This document shows, piece after piece, positions 43,498 to 54,621 of a DNA stretch of 64,000 nt. Under the pieces are notes generated by a model that was not told the origin of the DNA, searched no databases, and worked only from the letters and a program-made list of their open reading frames with translations. Source of the DNA: an uncultured Nitrososphaerota archaeon (GTDB lineage: Archaea > Thermoproteota > Nitrososphaeria > Nitrososphaerales > Nitrosopumilaceae); the NCBI GenBank assembly GCA_963824385.1, contig CAWGPD010000004.1, positions 416,001-480,000 of the forward strand, given 5' to 3'. Within the stretch, counting starts at the first letter, position 1; every line of letters begins with the position of its first letter. Both the position numbers and the translations under genes were made by a program.

Positions 43498-44274
43498 ATG
43501 GCAACACTTGAGATTAAAGATCTTCATGTACAAAGAGACGGTAAAGAAATTCTCAAAGGGGTAAATCTCAAAACAGGCCCTGGTGAAGTTCATGCCATAA
43601 TGGGTCCAAACGGTTCTGGTAAGAGTACTTTATCATATACAATTTTAGGTCATCCAAAGTATGAAGTTACAAAAGGAGATATTTTGCTTGATGGACAAAG
43701 CATACTTGGTCTTTCCCCTGATGAAAGGGCAAAGAAAGGATTGTTCTTGGCATTTCAATATCCAACAGAAGTTTCCGGTGTAGGCTATTCACACTTTCTA
43801 AGAACTGCATACAATGCATTAAGCAAGTCACTTGCAGATGAAAAAAGAGAAGTGTTTCTTACAGTCAGAGAATTTCAAAACTATCTAAAGAAGAATCTTG
43901 ATGAAGTAGGACTAAAACACGATTTCCTATCAAGATATCTTAACGAAGGGTTTTCAGGTGGAGAGAAAAAAAGATCAGAGGTTTTACAGATGGCAGTATT
44001 ACAACCAAAAATATCAATCCTTGACGAACCAGATTCAGGTTTAGATATTGATGCAGTACAAGCAGTCGCAAAGGCCATTAGTTCAGTCTCAAGAAAAGAT
44101 GCAACAGTAATTGTAATCACCCACTATGCAAGAATTCTAAAATTCCTAGACAAGCTTGACTTTGTTCATGTAATGGCACAAGGAAAGATGATCAAAGAAG
44201 GTCCAAAAGAGCTTGCCGATGAATTGGAACAAAAAGGCTACGGGTGGCTTGGAATTCAAGAAACTACAGAATAA
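43498..44274 (+). CDS. sufC: Fe-S cluster assembly ATPase SufC
   Basis: MGPNGSGKST, FLAFQYP, NEGFSGGEKKR, DSGLDIDA, ITHY. Confidence 0.93.
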   Translation: MATLEIKDLHVQRDGKEILKGVNLKTGPGEVHAIMGPNGSGKSTLSYTILGHPKYEVTKGDILLDGQSILGLSPDERAKKGLFLAFQYPTEVSGVGYSHFLRTAYNALSKSLADEKREVFLTVREFQNYLKKNLDEVGLKHDFLSRYLNEGFSGGEKKRSEVLQMAVLQPKISILDEPDSGLDIDAVQAVAKAISSVSRKDATVIVITHYARILKFLDKLDFVHVMAQGKMIKEGPKELADELEQKGYGWLGIQETTE

Positions 44275-44377
44275 AGAATTTTCAATATAACCACGCTCAA
44301 TTAATAAAAAAAAGACAATAATCGTGTCTAAAATTTCTTACATATGTACACAAACCTAATTTTTTTAATGAATATAC

Positions 44378-44536
44378 ATGCAGACAAGCAGTCAATCCAA
44401 ATCTAACGAGTTTTACACAAACTGTATGAAATATTTTGAGGCACTAAGAAAGACTGGAAAACAGGATTTTGGTTTTGAAGATGAATTTTTCTATACCATG
44501 CCTGCCATGTCAGAGAAAATCATAAGCGAGCAGTAA
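44378..44536 (+). CDS. 52-aa hypothetical protein
   Basis: MQTSSQSKSNEFYTNCMKYFEALRKTGKQDFGFEDEFFYTMPAMSEKIISEQ*; fills an intergenic gap. Confidence 0.55.
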   Translation: MQTSSQSKSNEFYTNCMKYFEALRKTGKQDFGFEDEFFYTMPAMSEKIISEQ

Positions 44537-44599
44537 AAGCATTCAAAAATCAATACAATCACGGTTTCAGTTATATATTCAGTACAGTGATCTCTCGTT

Positions 44600-44698
44600 G
44601 CAGAGGTACCGAAGCCCGGTCAACCGAGAGGGACTCAAGATCTTCTATAAGATATCCCTTCCCTTAGGGGTTCGTGGGTTCAAATCCCACTCTCTGCA
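44600..44698 (+). tRNA. tRNA-Leu(CAA) with 14-nt intron at 37/38 (44640-44653)
   Basis: Acceptor GCAGAGG/TCTCTGC, anticodon stem AGGGA/TCCCT, long variable arm, GGTTCAAATCC, T-rich run downstream. Confidence 0.92.
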
Positions 44699-44820
44699 TT
44701 TTCCTTTTCTTTTTTTCTCGTCTCTGTCGTTGTTTACGATTTAGCTCGTCATATCCTCTGTGATTTTCACCCATAGTAACGCATACTAGTGTTTATTAGA
44801 AAATTTTTCCATATTATGCC

Positions 44821-46047
44821 ATGGAAAAGATAGAGTCAAGAGACAAAATACCAGGGCCAAAAGCTAGGCGCATTATTAACACGATGAAAAAGCATGCTTA
44901 TGATTCAACATTTATGTATTCTTTGGTAGTTTCACATGGACACCGTTGTATCATTGAAGATGTAGATGGTAACAAGTATCTTGATCTTACATCCAACATA
45001 GGAGCTTGCCCTTTAGGATATTCACATCCAGATATCATAGAAATACTTGCAGCATATTCATCAAATGGCACATACAAGATAGCAGGTCAGGATTTTTACT
45101 GTCAAGAACATGCAGATCTTGCAGAAAATATTTCAACCATCTTACCTACAGGTTTTAAGACATTTTTCATAAATAGTGGTGCAGAAGCTGTTGAGAATGC
45201 AATAAAAATTGCATATAGAAAGAACGGTCCACTTCCTGGAATTTCATGCACTGGTGCATTTCATGGAAGAACATTAGGCGCACTTAGTTTTACATATAGT
45301 AGACCCGTGCAAAAATATAATTTTCCAGAATTTCCATCTAAAAGAATCAAGTTTTGCATAAAAGACGATGATGCAGAAATTGATGCAGTAGAAAATCTAT
45401 TAAAAGAAAATAAAATTGCGTTCATTCTGACTGAGATAATCCAAGGAGAAGGAGGTTACAATGTTGCAAGTAAAAAATTCATTTCAAATCTGAGAAAATT
45501 TGCAACAATGTATGGAGTTCCACTAATATTAGATGAAGTTCAATCTGGAGTAGGTCATACAGGCAAGTGGTGGGCCTTTGAACATTATGGAATAAAACCA
45601 GATATTATGAGTACTGCAAAAGCATTACAGATAGGAGTTACTGCATATAACAAAAAGTTTGAACCAAGTCAAAGATCAGCATTATCAAGTACATGGGGAG
45701 GAGGAAATAGAATAGACATGGCAGTTGGTACACGAGTCATTGAGGTAATAAAACGAGACAAGTTATTAGATAATGCAACAAAGATGGGCAATAAACTTAG
45801 AAAAGGATTGACGGAGATGACTGGAAAAAAAGGTGTAGTGGATGTAAGGGGATTAGGCCTTATGGTAGGAGTTGAATTTGATACAACACTACACCGTGAC
45901 AAAAAACTTACTGAATTATTCAAACATGGTTTGTTGACTCTTGGAGCAGGTCAAAAATCAATGAGGATCATACCTCCACTCATAATTACAAAAGAGCAGA
46001 TAAATGAAGGTCTGGAGATTATGCACCAAGTATTGATGAAGAGCTAG
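44821..46047 (+). CDS. Class-III PLP aminotransferase (4-aminobutyrate/ornithine type)
   Basis: NSGAEAVENAIK, AFHGRT, QGEGG, DEVQSG, TAKAL. Confidence 0.9.
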   Translation: MEKIESRDKIPGPKARRIINTMKKHAYDSTFMYSLVVSHGHRCIIEDVDGNKYLDLTSNIGACPLGYSHPDIIEILAAYSSNGTYKIAGQDFYCQEHADLAENISTILPTGFKTFFINSGAEAVENAIKIAYRKNGPLPGISCTGAFHGRTLGALSFTYSRPVQKYNFPEFPSKRIKFCIKDDDAEIDAVENLLKENKIAFILTEIIQGEGGYNVASKKFISNLRKFATMYGVPLILDEVQSGVGHTGKWWAFEHYGIKPDIMSTAKALQIGVTAYNKKFEPSQRSALSSTWGGGNRIDMAVGTRVIEVIKRDKLLDNATKMGNKLRKGLTEMTGKKGVVDVRGLGLMVGVEFDTTLHRDKKLTELFKHGLLTLGAGQKSMRIIPPLIITKEQINEGLEIMHQVLMKS

Positions 46048-47297
46048 TATGCGTCATACTTGTCACCCATCTCAAGTGATGCTATTTTGAGTTTTAGTAC
46101 TTCGTTTGCCCCTTCATAGATTACAATTGCCCTAGAATCAAGAAAGTGTCTTGCCACTCTGCTTGTTTTTTGATACCCATAAGAGCCAAAGACTTGGACT
46201 GCTCTATTTGCACAGTCAAATGCAGCATTTGTTGCGTGCAACTTGGCAATAGCAGCAAGCCTATCAGCCTTATTTCTTAGTTCAGAATATTCCTTATTTT
46301 CTCGGTCAAGTAGAGATAACCAATTTGCGTCATTTTCTTTGAGTGTTTCCACATAATCATGGAGTTTTTGCCTTGCAGTCCCTGCACGACATACTAGCCA
46401 TCTAGAACTTTCTATATTTACAATCATCGTAGCAAGATGTTCTTGGATTAGCTGTTTTTTTGCAAGAACAGAACCATGTTGTTCTCTTTTTTGCGAGTAT
46501 TTTATTGACTCGTCAAGACAATCTTTCATTACTCCCACAGCGCCAGCAGCTACACTTAATCTCCCATCAATTAATGCACTAAATGCAACACTAAGACCAT
46601 TTCCAATCTTCCCAAGAAGATTTTGTTTTGGAACTAGACAATTTTTTAAAGTAATCTCTGCATTTTTTACCGTAAGCAATCCCATTTTGTTATGCATCTC
46701 TTCTGCGTGAAATCCCTCCGAGTTTGTATCTACAATAAACGCAGAGATTTTTCCATCAGATCCACGTGCATACGTTGTAATGACTTTGGCAAATGTCCCA
46801 TTTCCCACCCAATGTTTTACTCCATTTAGAATATAATTATCTCCACGTTCTTCAAATTTTGTTGAAGTCTTACCAGGATCGCTTCCTGCATCAGGCTCTG
46901 TTAGTGCAAAACCCATTATGCTATTTCCATTAGTGGTATTTGGAAGATATTTCTTTTTTTGTTCTTCATTTCCCCAGTTTTGTATCACCATCTGACCAAT
47001 TGATATATGCGCAGAGAAAAATGTACGAAGTGAATTTCCCTCTTGGCCAATTCTTTCTATGGCAAACAAGTATGTCAAAATATCATATCCAAGACCTCCA
47101 TATTTTTTTGATATTGGACATCCAAGCATTCCTATTTCTCCAAATTCAGGAATTACTCGGTCATTTGATTTTTCTTCTAGATAACATTTTGTTTCATGAT
47201 CTCTAATTGAGTTACAAACTCTATCTATTTTATCAAGAAAATTTTTCTGCTCTTCTGATACTTCAAAATTCATCTTGGAAATATTTGAGTATGACAT
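46044..47297 (-). CDS. Acyl-CoA dehydrogenase
   Basis: FALTEPDAGSD, NGVKHW, AVQVFG..G, IYEGANE. Confidence 0.92.
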   Translation of the reverse strand: MSYSNISKMNFEVSEEQKNFLDKIDRVCNSIRDHETKCYLEEKSNDRVIPEFGEIGMLGCPISKKYGGLGYDILTYLFAIERIGQEGNSLRTFFSAHISIGQMVIQNWGNEEQKKKYLPNTTNGNSIMGFALTEPDAGSDPGKTSTKFEERGDNYILNGVKHWVGNGTFAKVITTYARGSDGKISAFIVDTNSEGFHAEEMHNKMGLLTVKNAEITLKNCLVPKQNLLGKIGNGLSVAFSALIDGRLSVAAGAVGVMKDCLDESIKYSQKREQHGSVLAKKQLIQEHLATMIVNIESSRWLVCRAGTARQKLHDYVETLKENDANWLSLLDRENKEYSELRNKADRLAAIAKLHATNAAFDCANRAVQVFGSYGYQKTSRVARHFLDSRAIVIYEGANEVLKLKIASLEMGDKYDAY

Positions 47298-47341
47298 GTG
47301 GTTATTCAGTTATCTCCAAGAATATTATTTCATTTGAGTTT

Positions 47342-47464
47342 CTATACTTTTACTATTTGAATCTCTCGAACATTATGTTTTGAAAGATCCTCATGTAAAG
47401 CAGCGTGTGACTCGTCAGTAAAAGTCAAATTGCATCTATAACACTTCCACGCTTTAGTACTCAT
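47342..47464 (-). CDS. 40-aa C2H2 zinc-finger mini-protein
   Basis: MSTKAWKCYRCNLTFTDESHAALHEDLSKHNVREIQIVKV*: C-x2-C-x12-H-x5-H. Confidence 0.65.
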   Translation of the reverse strand: MSTKAWKCYRCNLTFTDESHAALHEDLSKHNVREIQIVKV

Positions 47465-47636
47465 GGAAACCATACGTGAATTTAATTAATAAGTATATTG
47501 AATTATTTTTGTATTTTCTAGTATAACAAGGTCATAGATTTCAATTACTTGAAATATTTCCTATATTCAGATACATTTCTTGAATTTTTCTAGCATTATA
47601 ACTAGAAAGATATTTTGATAACTTTAATTTATAAAA

Positions 47637-48278
47637 ATGGAATTAATTCTAATGACCAAATTGAAATTAGAAAAATTAAAGGAATATGTAAAAAAAGAGA
47701 TAGAAAATGACGCCGCACATGATTTTGAGCACATTATAAGAGTACTCAAGAATGCAACAATGATTGCAAGAAAAGAAAAATCAGACATGGTATTGATTAC
47801 TGCTGCAGTGTTATTGCATGACATAGTCTCTTATCCAAAATCAGATCCTCGTTCAAAAAATTCATCGCTAGAAAGTGCAGAAGAATCAAAAAAGATTTTA
47901 AAAAAATATGACTTTACCAAAGATGAAATTAAAATCATTTCTGATGCTATTAGAGATCATAGTTTTTCAAGAGGAATTATTCCTCAAACATTGGAAGGTA
48001 AGATATTACAAGATGCAGACAGATTAGATGCATTAGGATCCATAGGAATTGCAAGAACATTTGCAGTAGGTGGTGCAGAGAATAGACCATTTTACAACAA
48101 GGATGATCCATTTTGTAAGAAGCGTTCTCCAGATGACAAGAATTGGACATTAGATCATTTTTACAAGAAACTTTTACTTTTAGAAAAAATAATGAATACA
48201 AAGACTGGAAGAATAATGGCAAGAAAAAGAATTAAAATAATGAAAAATTTTCTGGATGAGTTAGAAAAAGAAATCTAG
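47637..48278 (+). CDS. HD-domain phosphohydrolase
   Basis: AHDFEH..RV, LLHD, QDADRLDALG. Confidence 0.88.
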   Translation: MELILMTKLKLEKLKEYVKKEIENDAAHDFEHIIRVLKNATMIARKEKSDMVLITAAVLLHDIVSYPKSDPRSKNSSLESAEESKKILKKYDFTKDEIKIISDAIRDHSFSRGIIPQTLEGKILQDADRLDALGSIGIARTFAVGGAENRPFYNKDDPFCKKRSPDDKNWTLDHFYKKLLLLEKIMNTKTGRIMARKRIKIMKNFLDELEKEI

Positions 48279-48586
48279 CCATAGTCGACATATCTTTTGT
48301 ATCTAGTTTCAATTTCAGGATTATTACCAGTTAGAATTTTTCTAATTTCATCTTCATGTTTTTCTTTGACATATGCAATGATTTCTTTAAAATTTTCTTC
48401 TTCGGGAAATGCATTTGTAAGCGGAACTAGCATCTTAAAATATTCAGCCACTTTTTCTCGGAATTCTTCTTTTGTCGGTCGTCGCCTCTTATTCATTCTA
48501 AACCAAATTGATGCCCAACTTGCACCAACTACATGTGGCAATAGGTCATATGCTCGAGTTATCTCAAATGACTGGTCTTCTCTCAT
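48275..48586 (-). CDS. Conserved hypothetical protein
   Basis: 103-aa ORF overlapping the hemB stop (ATGA). Confidence 0.7.
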   Translation of the reverse strand: MREDQSFEITRAYDLLPHVVGASWASIWFRMNKRRRPTKEEFREKVAEYFKMLVPLTNAFPEEENFKEIIAYVKEKHEDEIRKILTGNNPEIETRYKRYVDYG

Positions 48587-49563
48587 CTCTGATTGAGTGC
48601 TTTTGCTGCATCCTTTGAGAAATATGTTACTATCATATCTGCGCCAGCACGTTTGATTGCAGTAAGAATTTCAAGTGTCACCTCTGTTTCGTCAATATAT
48701 CCTGCCATAGCGGCTGCCTTGACTAGAGCATATTCTCCAGACACACTGTATGCAGCTATAGGTATGTTGAATTTTTCTCTAGTCATGGAAATCAAGTCAA
48801 GATAAGCAAGTGCTGGTTTTATCATAACAATGTCTACTCCCTCTTGTATATCAGTTTCAACTTCACGCATTGCCTCTTTTGGATTAGTATATGGTAACTG
48901 GTAGGTTTTCCTATCTCCAAACTGTGGAGCAGAATGCGCCATATCTTTGAATGGAGAATATAATGAAGAGCGATGTTTTGCAGAGTGGGACATTATTGCA
49001 ACGTCGTGAAAACCAGCATCATCCAAACCTTGTCTTATTGCTTTTACTTGTCCATCCATCATAGCAGAAGGTGATACAACATCTACTCCAGCTTGAGCTT
49101 GGCTTACTGCAATTTTTGCTAATGTTTCAAGACTAGAGTCATTATCTATCTTATCTCCTTTAACAAGTCCACAATGACCAGAACTAGTATACTGACAAAG
49201 ACAAACATCTGCCATTATAGCAACATCATTTCCAAGATTCTTTTTAATTTCAGAAATTGTTTTTTGTACAATTCCATTTGGAGTAAAAGCTGATGTACCG
49301 TGATCATCTTTCTGAGTAGGTATTCCAAATACCATTACTGCGGGAATTTTTAATTCTGCAATGGAATTTACTTCATTTGTTACATCAGATAATGCAAGTC
49401 TCTCCATTCCAGGCATTGAAGTTCCAGGGATTTTTGATTTTAGATCCTCTTGGACAAAAATTGGACAGATGAGATCCTTTGGGGAAAGTCGTACTTCTTC
49501 TAAAAGTTCCCTGATTTTACCAGTTTTTCTAAGACGTCTCAGTCTTAAATTAGGAAAAGACAA
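48583..49563 (-). CDS. hemB: Porphobilinogen synthase
   Basis: RLRRLR, DVCLCQYTSSGHCG, PSAMMDG, MIKPA, SGEY. Confidence 0.95.
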   Translation of the reverse strand: MSFPNLRLRRLRKTGKIRELLEEVRLSPKDLICPIFVQEDLKSKIPGTSMPGMERLALSDVTNEVNSIAELKIPAVMVFGIPTQKDDHGTSAFTPNGIVQKTISEIKKNLGNDVAIMADVCLCQYTSSGHCGLVKGDKIDNDSSLETLAKIAVSQAQAGVDVVSPSAMMDGQVKAIRQGLDDAGFHDVAIMSHSAKHRSSLYSPFKDMAHSAPQFGDRKTYQLPYTNPKEAMREVETDIQEGVDIVMIKPALAYLDLISMTREKFNIPIAAYSVSGEYALVKAAAMAGYIDETEVTLEILTAIKRAGADMIVTYFSKDAAKALNQR

Positions 49564-49597
49564 TATACAAAATACCTTTTTTTAGCAATATAATTTG

Positions 49598-50855
49598 TTA
49601 CTCTTTGGTCTTATAATCAAAGAGTTTTGTGACAGTTTTTAGGATTTCAGAATCACCTTGTTCTGAGGCTTTTCTTAGATTATTCATAGGAATTGACATT
49701 ATATCTTCAACAATTGCCTGAGTAAGTTGGTCAATAATTCGTATTTTTTGTTCATCTTTTTCGCCTAGCATTTGAAGAGCCTTCTTCAATTCTTTGACTC
49801 GTGCTTGGTCTATCTCCTTGAATACATTTGTAACGATTGGTTCTACTTCTAGTCTCTTCATTGCTGCTTCTACTACAGGAAGCTCTTCATTAATAATTTG
49901 TTCTGCTGATGATACAACTCCCATCCTTGTCTGTAGATTCTTGTCAACCATCTGTGCAATCTGGTCCATGTTCATAACTTTGATTTTATCGATAGTTCCA
50001 ACTTTATCGTCCACAGTTCTTGGATTAGAAAGATCCATTATGAGCATACCATCCTTGCCTGACTCCATTGCTTCTTTTACTCGATCATATGTAACAAGAA
50101 AATACGGTGCAACGGTTGCTACAAACAGTACATCGATTGATTTGAAATTAGATGTAGACTTCATCAAATGGTATAGGTATTCCACCTGCAGTGTCAGCAA
50201 AAGCCTTTGAACGCTCAAATGTTCTACTAGTGACAAGAAAATTAATTTCTCGTTTTTTGAGGGATTTTGCAACTAAACTTGCTGCTTCTCCAGTTCCAAT
50301 TAACAAAATATGCTTTGATTTTAAATCATCAACATTTTCTTCTGCAAGATTTACTGCCATAGAACCAACAGAAATACTACCCTTTCCAATTCCAGTTGCC
50401 TGACGTACACGAGAACCAACTCTAATTGCCTTGTCAAATAGAGTATTGAGATTATCTCCAGAGGCCTTGAGTCCTCTGGCAGTAGAGATAGAGTCTTTTA
50501 TTTGGCCAAGTATCTGTTCCTCCCCTATTACAAGAGAATCAAGTCCAGATGTGAGCTTGAGTAAATGAGCATATGCGTCAGTTCCTTTGCTTATCTCAAG
50601 ATTATCCTTAAACGCATTTTCTTCTAGTCCTGCAACAGATGCCCATGTCTTTTTTATTTTTTCAAGATCAGTAGTAGCAGTACAACCAAAGAGTTCAACT
50701 CTATTACAGGTTTGCAGTATAACACATTCTTGCAATCCAGAATGTTTCAAAAATGATTCATATGCAGAATCAACATCTCTAAAAGTGAATCTTTCAAGCA
50801 TATGAATAGGAGATTTTCTAAAAGTAACTCTAGCGTTAATTACATCACTTGTCAG
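49598..50855 (-). CDS. hemA: Glutamyl-tRNA reductase; one +1 frameshift at ~50158; start approximate
   Basis: QTCNRVE, SGLDSLVIGEEQILGQ, IGTGE, DLSNPR. Confidence 0.93.
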
Positions 50856-51506
50856 ATTAGATCACCTAGCATTTCCATAACCCGCTTCTGTGCCTTTTTT
50901 AGATTTCCGTCTTGTATTAATTGTTTAACACGATTGTCATTCATAACACCATATAGAAACTTCCTTCGTTCAGAAAAGGTGTGGGATCTTGGCTTTGGCA
51001 GCTTTTCTGGCAAAATCTTGTAGTTTTATATGGTAAATATCCTCTTTTTTAATTAATTTTTTAAAGACTTGTTCTGCCTGAATTTTTAATTTTCTTGCCA
51101 TGGCAGGGCTTCGACCTCCTGTTGATATTGCAATTTGTACGGTATCATCAATGTTAATTACAGATCCAAATGCAAAATCACTTACTTCTGGATCATCAGA
51201 AGCATACGCATAACAATGCATAGTATTTGCTTGTTCTACAATTTTACGATTAAGTTCTTTATTGTTTGTTGTAGCCAACACCATAAATGGTTTGTATTTT
51301 TTTAGAAAATTTGCATCGGCAAGTTTCATTTGTTTAAAAGAAATTTTCTTTTGCTTGACATAGTTTTGGATTTGCCTGTTAGTTGAATCACTAATAAGAA
51401 GAATTTTACAATCTTGTGTTAAAAGAGTATTTACTTTTTTTAGACCTTCATTTCCTCCACCCACTATAATTACCAAATCTCCCTTAAGATTCAGATCAAC
51501 TATCAA
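50852..51506 (-). CDS. sirC: Precorrin-2 dehydrogenase/sirohydrochlorin ferrochelatase (SirC/Met8); one +1 frameshift at ~50980
   Basis: IVGGG, AISTGGRSPAMAR; the repaired frame continues to 50852. Confidence 0.88.
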
Positions 51507-51594
51507 TTAATCACGCTGACTTGAGATGATATTTATAGATTCTATGGGAATATAGGCAACATTTTTAATTGTAAGACCAGATTTTGCATTCATC

Positions 51595-52609
51595 ATGGAT
51601 AATCTGGACAAAGAGATTTTAAATGAAATCCAGTGGACTTTTCCTTTAACACCAAAACCATATTCTGAGATGGCAAAGAAATTTGGATTATCAGAACAGG
51701 ATATGATGCAGAGACTCCATGTCCTAAAGGATGCAGGAATAATCAGACAGATTAGTGCAATATTTGATACAAGAAAATTAGGATACAAGAGTGCATTGGT
51801 TGCAATGGCAATCGAGCCAGAAAAATTAGACTATATTGCAAATCAGGTAAACAGACATCCAGGTGTATCTCACAATTATGAGAGAAATCACGAATACAAT
51901 CTTTGGTTTACTCTAGCAGTTCCTCCAGGATCTGATCTAAAAACAGAGATAGACAAATTCTCCAAGTTACCTGGAATTAAAAAAACCAGATTACTTCCTA
52001 CTATAAAACTATTCAAGATTGGAGTAAAGCTTGAGATGGTAGATGAAAAGAAATCAGATGTCAAACCATCCGAAGAAAAGAAGAAAATAACTGAAACAAA
52101 ATTTATTGCAAACGAAGAAGAAAAAAACTACATACGTGAATTACAAAAAGATTTAGAGATAATTGAAAGACCGTTCTTAAAATCTGCTCAAAAACTTGGA
52201 ATAACTGAAGAGCATACTTCTCGAAAAGGTAAAGCAATATGAAGAAATAGGAGTTATGCGAAGATTTGCAGCCATTTTACGACATAGAGAAGTAGGTTTT
52301 ACTGCAAACGGTATGATTGTATGGAAAGTTCCAGATGAAAGAATTGAAGAAGTTGGTGAAAAACTTGGTTCATTTCCGCAGATTAGTCATTGCTATCAAA
52401 GACCAGTATATCCAGACTGGCCATACAGTGTATTTTCCATGGTACATTGCAAATCAATTGCAGATGCAGAAGAGATGGCAAAACAAATCCAGAAACAGGT
52501 AGAGGTTAATGATTACAAGATCCTTTTTAGTTCAAGGGAATTCAAGAAAACAAGAGTGGAATACTTTGTTGAACATGAATTTAACATAGAAGACCCAATT
52601 ACTGTATAA
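51595..52609 (+). CDS. Fused siroheme decarboxylase AhbA/AhbB (NirDL/NirGH-like); one +1 frameshift at ~52214
   Basis: SHNYER..YNLWFT and SHCYQR..WPY..F.M.H domains. Confidence 0.88.
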
Positions 52610-52629
52610 TATATCTATAAAGTAAATTT

Positions 52630-52951
52630 CTAAGATATCTCAATTATAGTCTCAGGAGAAGAGTTCAATGAGACTTTGATCGAATTGACCTTGCTTTGAT
52701 ACATAAAGAATTTTTTACCAGATGAATTTGTATCCCCTGAAATACGGACAAGTCCGGCAGTATGAAGTCTACGAACCCACCTATACACTTGAGTTAGAGG
52801 TATTCCAGACTTGGTGCTAATCTCCCATGCAGATTTTGGCGCGTCAGTAGTAGACTCGAAGTATATGCATTGCTTGGTCATTTGATATAATTTTCAAAAT
52901 ACCGTCTACGCTTTCCCCTTCAAGAATTCTGCCTTGTTGGAGTATCAGCAC
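52630..52951 (-). CDS. Small wHTH (ArsR-like) regulator; one +1 frameshift at ~52854
   Basis: Repaired ILRATTDAPKSAWEIS..SGIPLTQVYRWV..L. Confidence 0.75.
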
Positions 52952-53024
52952 GTTAACATTAACAAACTACAAAAATATAACATGCTCGATTAGATCGCAC
53001 TCAGTTGCAAACGTTTGCAATCAT

Positions 53025-53559
53025 TTATTCAGTAAATTTGAAGGACATCATACCCACATTATAGTCAAAATCAACCTTTTTCCCCAAAACTTCTTTGAAA
53101 ATTAATTCAAGTACGGTTGTGTGATATAATGACCAGTTTTCACCAAGATCGTGTTTGATGATAAACGTATGAACATTATTTTTTATGTTATGATTTATTT
53201 CAATTGAAGATGCACGCATTCTTGCCTCAAACCAAGAGATGAACGAATCAAGATTGATATCACCTTGCATGAATAGGGCAGTATCTCTTACTACATTTTT
53301 ACCAATACGATTAGCCATGTCTATTGCTTGATTCTTAGTCATTTTTCCAAAGAGTTCAACTATGATTGGTTTTGCAATTGGAACCATGCCCACTTTCAGC
53401 TTCATACATATCCCATTCAACATATCTTTTGAAGATGTGATTGACAAACGTATTGAGACTAGTTTCCCGATGTTCTGATTCGGAACGAAGTTTACTTAGG
53501 ACGTCTTCATCAATTCTAAATGTCATAGTGGATGTCTTTTTTGTACTAAGAACCATCAC
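53025..53559 (-). CDS. Protein with N-terminal ribbon-helix-helix-like domain; one +1 frameshift at ~53397
   Basis: TMTFRIDEDVLSKL...SLNTFVNHIF joins KVGMVP...IKHDLGENWS. Confidence 0.75.
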
Positions 53560-53621
53560 TTTGATTTATTTTCTTTGAATATAATTTGTTTTATTTCTCT
53601 AGAATTTTAGAACCAGCATCC

Positions 53622-54621
53622 TTAGGCAGTTTGAGCTGATGCTTTCAACTCGTAGGAAGGCCATTGATTGAATAGTCCAATTACCTCATTCTTGTCATTA
53701 TCACTTAGGTATTTTCCATCGGACATGGCTGAGAACATCTCAATTTCTTCCTCACTTACTACAGTAGGAAGTACTGATGAGATAGGTTTTTGGGAGAGAA
53801 TGAATTTAATTGCAAGTTCGGTAATGTTTAATCCGTTTCTTTTTGCAATAGGGGTCAACTGATCTACTTTTTTTAATGCCTCTTTTACCCAGTCTCCAGT
53901 ACGTACTGAACGATGATCCTTTTCGCTAATTTTTGTATCTGCATTTACTTTTCCCGTCAATATTCCAGAAGCATCAGGTACTCGAACTAAAATTCCCACA
54001 TTGTGTTTTTCTGCTTCTGCAATCAGAATATTTCCAGGGTTTTGTTCAAGTATATTATAGACAGTTTGTACCGCAGTAGTATTAGTTATCCTCATTGATT
54101 CTAGACCTTCCTGTGTCCACCCTATAGCAGGACCTAGTGCAATCTGATAACTTTTGATTTCGCCTTCTTTGATCTTTTTATCCAAAAAATCAAAGATTTG
54201 TTTATCTTTGATAGTGGAGATTTTGGGATTGTGTAAACCATATACATCAACATAGTTTGTCTGTAATCTTTCAAGACTTTTCTTAAGAGCAAAATCCGTA
54301 AATTCAGTGGTAAATTTTTGTGGAAGTTCCTTGTGACCTATCTGCTCAGTAGAGTAAATATCATAACCATATTTTGTGGATAATACTATTTCATTTCTCA
54401 TTCCAGAAAATACTTCGCCTATTAGACTTCTCACTTTTTCCTCTTCCGTAAATATCACCAGTTTCAAAATAATTAATGCCTAGATCAAATGCCCGTTTCA
54501 GCATTTTTTTAGCCTCATCGTCCTCTATTTTTTTGCCCCACCAATCAAGACCAAGAGTCCAAGCTCCAAATCCTATTTCAGATACTTCAATTCCACTTTT
54601 ACCTAGTTTTCTATATTTCAA
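53622..54621 (-). CDS. Aldo/keto reductase; one +1 frameshift at ~54426
   Basis: YRKLGKSG.EVSEIGFG, YG.GKSE, SLERLQTNYVD, YNIL. Confidence 0.9.

Noticed and set aside
11900..44698. Integrated element at tRNA-Tyr or tRNA-Leu
   Set aside because: No duplicated tRNA 3' end and no tyrosine integrase seen in the window
44682..44774. Short basic minus-strand ORF (MGENHRGYDELNRKQRQRREKKKRK...)
   Set aside because: It overlaps the tRNA-Leu 3' end, and its Lys/Arg run is the complement of the tRNA's T-rich terminator
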